64,000 nucleotides of DNA, taken from assembly GCA_963669175.1 (NCBI GenBank), contig OY769902.1:2624001-2688000 (forward strand), given 5' to 3'. Positions 22,001 to 27,284 of this stretch are shown in pieces. Each line of letters begins with the position of its first letter. The first letter of the stretch is position 1. The DNA comes from a bacterium (lineage in GTDB: Bacteria; Electryoneota; Electryoneia; Electryoneales; Electryoneaceae). Both the position numbers and the translations under genes were made by a program. The notes beneath the pieces were generated by a model. It was given only the letters and a program-made list of their open reading frames with translations. It did no database searches and was not told the origin of the DNA.

Positions 22001-22737
22001 ACATAGCCATCATTGTAAAGAATCAACAGACCACCGGTTTGCGCCATGTTTTCGATACCGATAGTCGCTGAATTCAGCGTACCGGTCATAGAAGCATACT
22101 GGAATTTTATCCGGCTGTCCGGATAGATAATCACTTCGAAAGTGTAGCGCGATGTTGAGTCGGTTCCTGCCAGGACATGACGGCGTACGTTCTCCCACTG
22201 GACGATGAAGGAGTCTGCCGTGCTGTAATAATAAATGTCGCCGCCGTTGGCGTAATGGACAGCGATATCATCCCACCAGGGAGCGATCATGGCGGCGGGA
22301 CCATCGGTTGAAGGGATAAAGGAGTTGGACCAGTCGGAGTCTGAAGCTCCGAAATGAATGTTACCGTTGCTGGAAATGTTTACCTGGTTGTAATAATCGC
22401 CATAGAACCAGAATGGGAATAGCAGGTTGATGAGCTGAGTGCCATCATCCGTATCAGTAATGGTAGCCTGTTCGCCAACACCGGATACATCGACCCAGGC
22501 ATAGGTCGGGCCGTTCAGCTCGTTCGAATCCCGCCAACGGTAGCCCCAATAATCGGGACCGCCCCAGTCATCCAGTTCATCCGGCGACACGCCCTGACCG
22601 TCCGCAACCGTACTCCCCTTGGGCAGATTTTCCCACTGGGCAAAATCCGATGCCGAAAAAGAGTTTTGTGCACGAACGGTCGTAGCAAGCAGTGACGTCA
22701 GAATCACCAGGGCTACGAACCCCTTCGCAAACTTCAT
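7069..22737 (-). CDS. Giant (~5,220 aa) secreted/surface protein: two nidogen(NIDO)-like domains, ~42 FN3/Ig-like repeats with DPDPGD loops, C-terminal T9SS-like/FlgD-Ig sorting domain
   Basis: Uninterrupted ORF; GGAGG RBS before ATG 22737; signal peptide MKFAKGFVALVILTSLLATTVRA. Repeat consensus PxAFxLxxP..LxW..SxDPDPGDxVTY..YW.VxAxD (42 counted by hand). GPD.GY.W.D / IAPWWDD / FEVIIY domains; C-terminal YPNPFN..IYNTLGQ..GMYF. Confidence 0.9.
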   Translation of the reverse strand: MKFAKGFVALVILTSLLATTVRAQNSFSASDFAQWENLPKGSTVADGQGVSPDELDDWGGPDYWGYRWRDSNELNGPTYAWVDVSGVGEQATITDTDDGTQLINLLFPFWFYGDYYNQVNISSNGNIHFGASDSDWSNSFIPSTDGPAAMIAPWWDDIAVHYANGGDIYYYSTADSFIVQWENVRRHVLAGTDSTSRYTFEVIIYPDSRIKFQYASMTGTLNSATIGIENMAQTGGLLILYNDGYVENNLAIEIYGRPLPFTLGTPADGFVSGSTTLDLTWNPSLNPDPTENLTYNVFASTDPTDMGVAVATGIADTFYNFTGLDDATYYWTILANDSESPGTQADDTLSFHITVPEPPSAFNLLTPTDGNTEGSTTPTLTWSASVDPDAGDVVTYNIIYSIGDATFADPDSITGINATSYTFPDGTLQDDITVYWYVRAVDTNTNGTLSTRNPRDNFAYRFEIYETEAPAAFNLSGPADRVTVFDADTTLSWQSTTEPDPDDALTGYMLWVATNEAFTQNLDSVAFTPLQTTYTMGGLVSNTTYWWKVRALDGNTNGTWSDQTLSFHYYEPTSPAAFTPSSPANHSNHTTSDVTVEWNSSSDTNPANGLAIHGPDTFGYFWLDNNQPGGPNYAWVDISGTGTPSTAAVGAEQQEVVAIPFNFPFYGVEYADITIDNNGYLSFGGASDFSNSGIPGIDGPQGMIAAFWDDLQPEAIGNIYYQSMGTWFVVQYDGVQRFADAASIETFQIILFDDGRIRYQYEDVSGTLNSCTVGIENPDENDGLEVTFNANYLDDGLALEFYPYAVTYEVEWATVASFAGSTIEETVDATDYNITGCPDNQTMYWRAHATNIYNQSTTITPNTGWDFTTSQPDPPNGFNLTSPADGFVSATTDIILQWEEATDPDIGDVITYEVYITEIDGVWGAPVATNLAVNQYSFTGSFGTQYWWRIRAIDNGGLGTYSDQTWSYEIVTPTPPAAFNVSSPAIGTEFANLTPTVVWRQTTDNDPGDAVNYNVIWSLNDATFSNPDSVTGLSDTTYTFTAGDLADDATVYWYVRATDSNTNGRNSNQNPNNNNTWSFTTNVPDVPNPFGLVSPANNGTPNTAAVTLQWQAATDPDPGDNITYEVYVATTPGGFGGPTAAGLNTTQYVFNGTDNQQYYWKVRAVDTNSAGTWSTETWTFTIVEPDPPNAFDLTGPANGSTLQTTTPTLTWDAATDPDAGDVITYNLVYSVGDATFSDPDSVTGLTNATYTFGAGTLSDDITLYWYVRAVDTNTNGTLSSQNPNNGNTWSFSIAVDEAPSAFNLLTPADGTTSLNTTVSLTWQASSDPDPGDNVTYDVYVSENQATVQNLASRVATGLNVTNLDYAGVDNHVYYWQIQAIDTDGNSTWSSQQWDFSIGVPDPPDAFNLTGPLDNATVTSATPTLTWETTTDPDIGDNVTYNVIWAVNDPTFADPDSAVGLATATYTFSAGILADDQPVYWYVRAVDTNTNGRLSTQNPNDGTTWHFDMNVPEPPAVFDLVSPADGVYIEGLTANLEWDATTDPDPGDIINYEVYVSTDQATVQNIANRVAQSLSVVTYAFNGAEDQTYYWTIRAVDTGNNGTWASTTRSFTFGVSETPDAFSLMAPTDGETVTTTTPILSWQTATDPDPGDVVTYNVIWSRNDATFSSPDSATGIATANYTFSSGSINDGDQVYWYVRAVDTNTNGRLSTQNPNDGTTWSFDVAIAEAPVAFDLTAPANGITLAATTVDLEWNASSDPDPGDVITYDVYLSTDPGTLMNPGSRIAQGVSNTFYTFNGTEDQTYYWRIKAIDSNSPGTWSNQAWSFTFSIPEQPTAFNLLTPINMAAMNTLTPTLTWQQSTDPDPGDAVSYTLYYSINDASFAAPTTITGLTNETWSFPAGILVDEDVVHWYVHAVDNNTAGTLSTPNPVDGTARQFEITIVDAPSSFSLLGPANGSTTTSTSVVFTWQESTDPDAGDVVTYDVYVSQDLLTLQDVGNRVAQGLSAETYTFNGQDDNSYFWQVKAVDTNSPGTWSTEQWDFSISNPEQPTAFDLQTPSDGITVNTTTPTLTWDVSTDPDAGDNVTYRVIWSVDDATFSSPDSVTGLTATSYTFSAGNLPDNSTVHWYVRAIDTNTNGRLSTRNPRDNTAYSFNILVPEQPSSFALLSPADGSLSPSTSVTLNWEASVDPDPGDAVTYEVYISSNQATVTDPASRVAQNVVSTSYTYNGTDNSQYFWTIKAVDMNTTGRWATQTWDFSVGVADPPSEFALIGPADGSTILDTTEVNFVWEQATDPDAGDVVTYRLYYSIGDINFTNPTVISGISDTTYTLAPGILEDGHQVYWYVRAYDTNSGTYTASTPAPSNGIPWKFDIYITDAPEPFNLVSPINNSTTGNHIVTLTWRDTEDPDGNHTPTFDVYLASDTTGGLRIPANRIVNGWSDTTYTFIGDDDSTYYWTVYATDNNTVGTWANQAWRFTIGEAESPTAFDLISPTNGATMGTTSPTLTWRRSTDPDPGDNVTYRLYWSVNDPTFASPAFVSGLTDTVYTFPGGVLNDDVTYYWYVLAMDGNTAGTPSNQSPQNGNPYRFDVYVNDTPAAFSLLSPVNNYISPSTSVTLTWEASSESDPGDNLTYSVYLSTNLADLGQPFTRVAQGLTNTTHTLTLTDDLTYYWQVKAVDTNTAGTISNETWQFSIGVPDAPSAFALVSPAAGVVLTTTTPTLTWERSTDPDPGDALTYTVYWSISDPSFTTPAFTAGLTDTSYTFPAGILNDHETVYWYVKAVDTNSAGTRSTPNPIDGTARSFEIYIIDSPSAFNLLTPDQADTVTSLDAQLSWEESVDPDVGDIVTYNVYVSFDLGTLGNPATLIASGLDTTGYTFHGVEDTLYYWTVKAVDTNSPGTWADEVRSFRIAIPERPTPFNLGSPANNIILQTMTPTLTWHPSTDADPGDVVTYTVLYTIGDPLFISPVEITGLADTSYTFAAGMLSDNNTVYWYVKAVDLNSEGRRSNQNPIDNTAYRFHLVVPEPPAAFTLLSPSDGTVATTQNVTLTWESTTDPDPGDVVTYSLYVSTLRNNLGTPVISGYAGTSYVYSGDDDSTYYWAVVATDGNTAGTWSDDTLSFSYSIPDQPAAFQLLTPSNNGVVADTLPTLTWQDAIDPDPGDVVTYTLQYDFNADFSTATEVAGLTTTSYTLPTPLYDGATVFWRVRAVDTNTAGTWAGPPSYFQFDVFVQDVPNPFNLVSPANNGLSNPDGSVTLVWENNGDPDLGHEVVYTVYVASQPDMSDAVSFGPYPEGTFPTLNQFWMQDDSTYYWRVWAQDEVLADGRWSNEIWAFTMHEPELPYAFDLLTPANGDTSFDGSPTFTWENNGDPDPNQLVTYTLHLGQDAAFNNRSVYGPYDEDVFPTISEPWMVDGGRYWWKVYAHDAEGDSVQSAQTWSFRIYIPEPPSAFNRVYPPDDGQVEDLDPTLTWQRATDPDPGDQITYTLEWSFNSDFSNLTTVTGLADTFYTYPVGQLFDDARVYWRVRAVDRNSGTGTWAGPTASWSFTVYVHEQPYAFSLLTPADGSILDPSPSVILEWENNGDPDPNQGVSYELQVAENSNFTGSALYGPFNEGEFPTLDQLVLDDDTQYWWRVVATDEWTGGHVWSTETWTFFIYSPEVPLPFDLVSPDSGVTVPNLGPTLIWEATTDPDPGESVTYTLQYAFNAGFVPSTSIADLTDPVYTFTEAELLNSMEEMLGDEELDELLPDDVTVYWRVRAIDDSGRSRLSGPSAYWTFYVFVQDPPNAFSLISPANDDTNTTGSVTFRWENQNDPDPGQNVTYTLHLSENPWFSSPDVYGPYTENDFPTFTPPILEDDMRYWWKVYAHDEVSGDSIVSNQAWSFWVYIPEPPGAFDRLSPAHLAEVNTLGPTLMWESAPEYDSSDSVSYTMEWAFLPDFTGSDSVTSLVDTFYTFENTTLMNAYREQFGGDDNDLDELLPDNVTVFWRVRAVDTNTNGTWAGPTPFWAFDIYWQQMPYPFALISPVLGDTSFDGSVTFEWENNGDPDPGQSVIYSIHVCDDITFDSDIQYLGTYAEGETPTVTPAWLEDDKQYWWRVFAHDEVLGDSLASTDTSTFRTYFPELPAAFDLVSPEDSSTVNTLGPTLVWHASSDPDPDDTLTYRVIWGLTPQLPGSNVITGITDTTYTFTEEEISAVIREEYGSDGEGELDELLPDDVTIYWRVHATDRNTAGTLSGPAEYWQFDVYVSESPSAFSLLSPLDMDTVWVDTVQLTWEASFDPDPDNEVAYDLLVKTDLDTAFAVIATGLTDTTCILDSLQDDRIYQWTVYAQDSNTPGIWANDTLTFSTYFPEPPADFSLLQPADSVEIHTSVVNLRWEEAPDPDPDNQVTYDVYMEIDGGHGGLIASELDTNSFDWTLPADDAEITWRVYARDTNTQGTWSSNTFTMFINKHEPPLPFSLLSPDSSERLETHSPTVVWESTIDPDPYDWVTYTLVWSVNDPTFLLPDSIANLDDTTFTFTSTMLNTGNNGSQSNTGITDLDQVSFRAGNTAGSGKKQYTGLASTGSSTRSQTYSTSLSGFGSSTVQQTGSLTNELDSFVDDVTVYWYVRAVDQNSNGRLSNQNPVDNTLINFVIDIPEPPEPFNLLLPSHNREINTESVVFRWEQTEDPDPNDPVTYEIYISEDPDSMGNPVASGLRSTNYTWFGGEDDVRYYWTVRAVDSNSEGRMASQTWRFFMRLPNPPLTFNLAAPDSGALLYELTPTITWFATTDPDPGDDITYTLYFADNPDFYDADSIYALSDTSVTIPDDFPFFERLLENNDGGQLLGVSPVEEIVSLQPRKQSAKQSSAKKKQQPSLSQVALVQETGTVKVASVSGELNEGDASATVYWRVKAYDSNSDGTWCTPEEGWTFDLFILQPPEPFDLISPPFGMVSTTDEITFEWGAGHDESNADSITYILELSTSSSFVNAQRYTVGSALSYTVTDLDDDVSYWWRVKARDTINRESRSNQVWTVATSFPNPPTSFALLEPADSAIVPWTIPHEMRFAWQQSVDPDPEEAELLRYSITLDLYLQGAIDTSVTFRELEEHAQLIDIVDSLGLTSWTGHLEINWYVDAISGGDTVRSFNGWTVFLDGPQQESPWGDNEIPTEYTVAATYPNPFNARLMIVVALPNAGRVSFDIYNTLGQKVTSIPEREYRQGYHQISWEATNLAAGMYFLRMNAPHGGGKVRRIIYAP

Positions 22738-23303
22738 ACAACCTCCCGCTCCGAGAGACCGGAACACCCGCAGGTCGTCCATCCTGCGGCAAGAGTTACC
22801 GCGTTTGGCCGCAAACAGGTATCAAACCTGCTTTCCCGGTACGTTGCCCACCACGTATCGGGAATTCTTGTTGCCCTGTTTGACATTTGAACGTAATTCA
22901 AGCTCAGTCAAGAGTTTACGTTGGGTTGGTAATGCGTCTGTCCCGTCTGCAAGTACCCAACTCCACTCCATGGCCGAGCATGCCAAACGCTTGATGTTTC
23001 GATACTCAGAGCAAATATGACTCCGAAACTGCATGGTTTTGCTGATTGAAACGCTTTTCTCCGTCTGTGATATGAGCAATCTCAACCATTTATACTTTCG
23101 GCTGATCAGGATGAGAAGTTGTGCTTCGTTTCTGCTTCCCTGCAATTTTTTGTTGGTATACTAAGAGATGTGGCCCACCTTCGGTGGACTTTGAATTGTT
23201 TTTGCGAATTCGCTCTTTATCGGACTCTTCTTATATTCTGTTCTTTTTGTAAAATAAACATACACTTAACTATACTAAACTAGGTAGGAAAGGGGTGGAG
23301 AAA

Positions 23304-23319
23304 TGTGATAAATATCACT
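23304..23319. promoter_or_regulatory. Putative CRP/FNR-family (or Rex-like) site upstream of the giant gene
   Basis: AAA-TGTGA-TAAATA-TCACT matches TGTGA-N6-TCACA at 9/10. An AT-rich candidate -10 (TATAGT, minus strand) lies at ~23269-23274. Confidence 0.4.
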
Positions 23320-23343
23320 GTGGTGAATATCGTTGGAGTCGAT

Positions 23344-26300
23344 TCAGCGAACGACACCCAGTGGGAAATCAACATCGCGGACGTAGGTATGAGGGAATTG
23401 TGTTTTGTACCGGTATTCATGGGTTAATTCCGGTACACGGTTGAGCAGGTATGTTTCAAGCTCTTTCAGGTTGACCAGGTTGTCATGGTTTGCATCAGCC
23501 TGTCCTGCCAGTCCTTCCAGAACGGAATAGGTGAAGACGCCATGTCCAAGCTTTGTGTATTCGTAGGTGTAATCATTCGCGCCTGTTGCCGCCAACACGG
23601 CTACACCTGCTGTTCTACCCATGTTGTAGAACGCGTTGATGGCTCGTTCAGAACGGCAGGCATCGAGGATGAGAAGCTGACGCTGTGCCGGGATGCGGGC
23701 TGTCCAGGTTTGCAACATCTGGGCGGAAATGCCGATCTGGCGAATCTGGGCGTCGTTTTGATAGAGCTGTTGAATATTATAGGGAACCATGAAAAACTCA
23801 TCATCGCGTCCCTGTTTCTGTTCGGTTACCACCCCATGACCGGAATAGAAGAAGATAAACAAATCCTGCGGTTTGGCCTGCTGAGCGATCCAGTCGAAAA
23901 TCGCTTCCACTGAATCCCGTGAAACGTCACGATTGTACAGCTCAATATGCTTTACATCGGTGAAAACACCCTGCCCATAGTGAAAAATGGCTTCGGCAAA
24001 AGCCCGGGCGTCCTCAACGGCGTATTCCAGTTCATATAACGGGTTGACGTATTTATCAACGCCAGCGGTGACCACGAACAGTCGCGTCTCTTTGAAGATA
24101 TTCTCGGTATGCAGCACCATTTCCGCATTATGGGAAGGTGTCCACAGACGGTTCAGGGCAAGCGCCTGCAACTGGTTCGGACCGGGGAGCAGGCTGACGA
24201 CATAGGGAATGGTCAGGGTGGCGCCGCGTTGGGTGGCCCAGTTTTCAATCCTGTCCTCAAACTGTTTTCTCGGCGCTACCAGTTTACCATTGTTGTAAAG
24301 AAAAACAGCGTCTATGCCACCGCCTGTATCCGTTACTTCTACCAGAACCGTGACAGTGTCCTGCGAAAGTACTTCATTTTCGAAGGTGTATTTGAATTTT
24401 ACCACGGGGGGGCTGTCAACACGCTTGGTCAGAAGACTTTCACCCTCAAGTCTTTTCAGAATATCTTCAACTGGATCACCGGTCTGGATAATCTCGGAAA
24501 GGATATCCGGCCGGTAGAAGAACTCTGCCAGTTGATCGGCGTCGAAAATGGTTGCGTTGTGGTTCAATCCACGACTGACATGCCACTTGAAGTATTTCTC
24601 CGAACCGGGTTCGCAGTCGTAGTAACCATCCGGTGACCACAAAATCCTGTGAGAATCATCTGTGATAAACAGGGTGGTTAAGGGTTGAACATCGATCACC
24701 ATACGTTCCAGGGTTATCCTATATAGCGTCGCGGATTCGCCCATGGCTTCGAGCTGTTGGATAACATCCAGCCATGCTTTTCTTTGGGGCACTCTGGCCA
24801 GCGAATCAAGACCGGCTTTTTTTATTGGTCCCAGTTGGCCTCGTCCCAGGAAAGTGTCCCATATGGTTGGAAAGTTCTCGTCAAGGTTCTTATCAATCGC
24901 CAGCAGATTCCAGGATTGAATCATGTGATTGTTAAGAAGAGTGTAAAGCCTGGTTTGGTCCGGCGATACAGCCATGTCAACAACTTCCCCCTGACCGCCA
25001 TTCAAATTGGCGATGTGCTGCCCGGAGAAGTCATAAACACCTACTGTACTGTTTCCGAGATCAATAATAGCCCAACGGTTTTGAGCGATCGTAAATACCC
25101 CGGCAGGACCGGCAAGATGCTTATACTCCGCAGCACGGAGTGAATCCCGGAACAACACAAAAACAGTGTCCATTCGTCCGGCAATATACCGCACCGGGAG
25201 GGGAAGGATTTCTGTATCAACCACATCAGGCGATGCAGACAATGTGTACTCAGGAAAATCAGACTGCGGCTCGGGCACGGATAATACCGGTTCCGGCTCC
25301 GGGGCGGCAATGGAATGATCTTCACTTGTCCTTTCAGAAGGCGCAGAACCTTGTGGAATTGAATCCAGAACATTCTGGTATCGTGCTGTAGTATTGGACG
25401 GGATGCCACTGTTGTAGAACGTACGTTCGGGAAGGATCAGGATGTCATTTTCATCAACCGGTCGCAGTTCCATCTGCATATCCCATATGACATCATCGTG
25501 TGATCTGCCATTGGCTTTACCTGCTGGATACAGTTCATGATTGAGATAATTGAATTCCAGTCGATCTGTTGCATCCGTGGCAAGCTGAATGGACCCATTA
25601 ACGGCAGAAATCCCGGAAAAAGGATACACTTTTCCGGAAAGCTGTGAAGCAAGAAAAGGCGCATTGTCGCGTAGCGCCCAGATACAGATGTCAAAGGAAC
25701 CTTCGCCAGCGCTGGCAATTACATCGTCTTCAAGAAAAACAACCGTGTGAACGGTTCCGCCATGAACCCGCTGTTCCGCTACAAAGCGAAAACCTGAATG
25801 AGAGCGTTGAAAGAAGGCAATGGACGGATCATTCCCAAAACCATGTCCACCGCAGACCAGCCAGTCACCCTCAGGCGACAGGGATACTGTTTCCGGAATA
25901 AAAGAGGTTCGGAGTTCCTGGCGGATTGTGAAAGAACGGTCAAGGATGACCAGGCTGCCGTTCTGACAAGCCAATACTATGGTTTTTTCATTATCTCCGA
26001 CAGAAAGGCAGTTGATGCCAAGTTCATCCACCAGCAGGCTGTCTACAGCTCGTGATTCTCCTGTTTGCCATCGTTTGATCCAGCCATCCTGCGAGGTTGA
26101 TATCAATCCATCATGAGTGCAGTGAATTCCGGTTATTGCGGCCGAATGTGCCAGGAAACGCGAGGATTTCAGATTGTAGCGAAGATCCCAGCCAATAATT
26201 TTTCCGTTATGCCCCCCGGAGTACAGCATAATACCGTCATTGTCAAACGACAGGGCGCTGATAAGCCCCCGATTGGCAGTAGCATCACTCAGCAAATCCA

Positions 26301-26688
26301 TTTGCTCCAGTGATTTTGTGCTGTGCAGCCGGATACTTGTACTTCCATGGTAAACACTGGGCAGGAAACCTGCTGTAGCGAAGATGTGACGGTCTGGAGA
26401 CAGGGCAAGAACGTGATACTGACCATCAACGCCGGAATCAATCTTGCCTGAAATGACTTTCTTCTGTCTGTTATTCCAATAATCCCACAGGATGATTGTC
26501 TTGTCGTCACTGGCTGATAGCAGTCGGCTGTTTCCAAGACTGACCAGGGCGCGAACAGGACCAGCGTGGCCTTCAGGATGGATTAAAAGTTCCCCTTTGG
26601 GCTGATCGCCGAAAAGAGATGCGGGTATGAGCAAGAGAAGAAGTACAGAGAATAAAATTGTGTGTGCGAGATATCGATGTGTGATCAT
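23344..26688 (-). CDS. Secreted WD40-repeat protein with C-terminal caspase-family (peptidase C14) domain
   Basis: Signal peptide; WD40 motifs (GHAGPV..LLSASDDKTIILWD); Ig-like VTDTGGGID segment; intact His/Cys dyad FFYSGHG and LILDACRS; GHGVFTY, ADANHDNLV. Confidence 0.88.
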   Translation of the reverse strand: MITHRYLAHTILFSVLLLLLIPASLFGDQPKGELLIHPEGHAGPVRALVSLGNSRLLSASDDKTIILWDYWNNRQKKVISGKIDSGVDGQYHVLALSPDRHIFATAGFLPSVYHGSTSIRLHSTKSLEQMDLLSDATANRGLISALSFDNDGIMLYSGGHNGKIIGWDLRYNLKSSRFLAHSAAITGIHCTHDGLISTSQDGWIKRWQTGESRAVDSLLVDELGINCLSVGDNEKTIVLACQNGSLVILDRSFTIRQELRTSFIPETVSLSPEGDWLVCGGHGFGNDPSIAFFQRSHSGFRFVAEQRVHGGTVHTVVFLEDDVIASAGEGSFDICIWALRDNAPFLASQLSGKVYPFSGISAVNGSIQLATDATDRLEFNYLNHELYPAGKANGRSHDDVIWDMQMELRPVDENDILILPERTFYNSGIPSNTTARYQNVLDSIPQGSAPSERTSEDHSIAAPEPEPVLSVPEPQSDFPEYTLSASPDVVDTEILPLPVRYIAGRMDTVFVLFRDSLRAAEYKHLAGPAGVFTIAQNRWAIIDLGNSTVGVYDFSGQHIANLNGGQGEVVDMAVSPDQTRLYTLLNNHMIQSWNLLAIDKNLDENFPTIWDTFLGRGQLGPIKKAGLDSLARVPQRKAWLDVIQQLEAMGESATLYRITLERMVIDVQPLTTLFITDDSHRILWSPDGYYDCEPGSEKYFKWHVSRGLNHNATIFDADQLAEFFYRPDILSEIIQTGDPVEDILKRLEGESLLTKRVDSPPVVKFKYTFENEVLSQDTVTVLVEVTDTGGGIDAVFLYNNGKLVAPRKQFEDRIENWATQRGATLTIPYVVSLLPGPNQLQALALNRLWTPSHNAEMVLHTENIFKETRLFVVTAGVDKYVNPLYELEYAVEDARAFAEAIFHYGQGVFTDVKHIELYNRDVSRDSVEAIFDWIAQQAKPQDLFIFFYSGHGVVTEQKQGRDDEFFMVPYNIQQLYQNDAQIRQIGISAQMLQTWTARIPAQRQLLILDACRSERAINAFYNMGRTAGVAVLAATGANDYTYEYTKLGHGVFTYSVLEGLAGQADANHDNLVNLKELETYLLNRVPELTHEYRYKTQFPHTYVRDVDFPLGVVR

Positions 26689-26707
26689 GTTGTTTGATTA
26701 CTCCCTG

Positions 26708-27199
26708 TCAAGTCGAAACAGATCCGTCCTGGATAGCAAAACGATCTGGTGGTATTAACTGACCAAGCGCCAGAAGCTTTCGGTCCGCTTCTGCGAGGGG
26801 GAAAGTGTAGATGTCTTCAGGGCTGACCCACCTGAAATCAGATACACCGAGCAGGGTTGGCCGACCATTATGATGGCGTGCATGTAGACCAATCAGGGTA
26901 ATTTCCTTGTCTTCATACTTGTGTTTGACACGGGCGAATTCCGGCCCGGGTTCAACGATAATATCAAGTTCTTCCCGAATTTCACGAACCAGCGCCAGAT
27001 CCGGGCTTTCCCCCGGTTCCATTTTTCCGCCGGGAAATTCCCACAAACCGCCATGTTCAGCGCTCAAGGGACGCATCGTAGTGAGTATTTTGCCATCCTG
27101 TCGCCAGATCAAACCAGCGACTACCTCAATGTGAGGAAGACTGTTCGTTTCGTGATCTTCGAAGTCTGACAAGGGAAACACCTTCTCTGTTGCTTGCAA
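26708..27199 (-). CDS. NUDIX hydrolase, MutT/NudG-like (d)NTP pyrophosphohydrolase
   Basis: WEFPGGKMEPGESPDLALVREIREEL Nudix box. Start codon uncertain. Confidence 0.85.
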   Translation of the reverse strand: MQATEKVFPLSDFEDHETNSLPHIEVVAGLIWRQDGKILTTMRPLSAEHGGLWEFPGGKMEPGESPDLALVREIREELDIIVEPGPEFARVKHKYEDKEITLIGLHARHHNGRPTLLGVSDFRWVSPEDIYTFPLAEADRKLLALGQLIPPDRFAIQDGSVST

Positions 27200-27284
27200 A
27201 AAGGCAAAATAAACAAAAATCTCTCAATGTCCAATTGCCTTAATCGGAAAGGGATACAACTCTGGGATTATCGGAACGGTCAGC

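Noticed and set aside
23160-23215. c-di-GMP-I riboswitch upstream of the giant gene
   Set aside because: The hairpin lacks the GAAA loop, the following GCAAA junction and the second stem.
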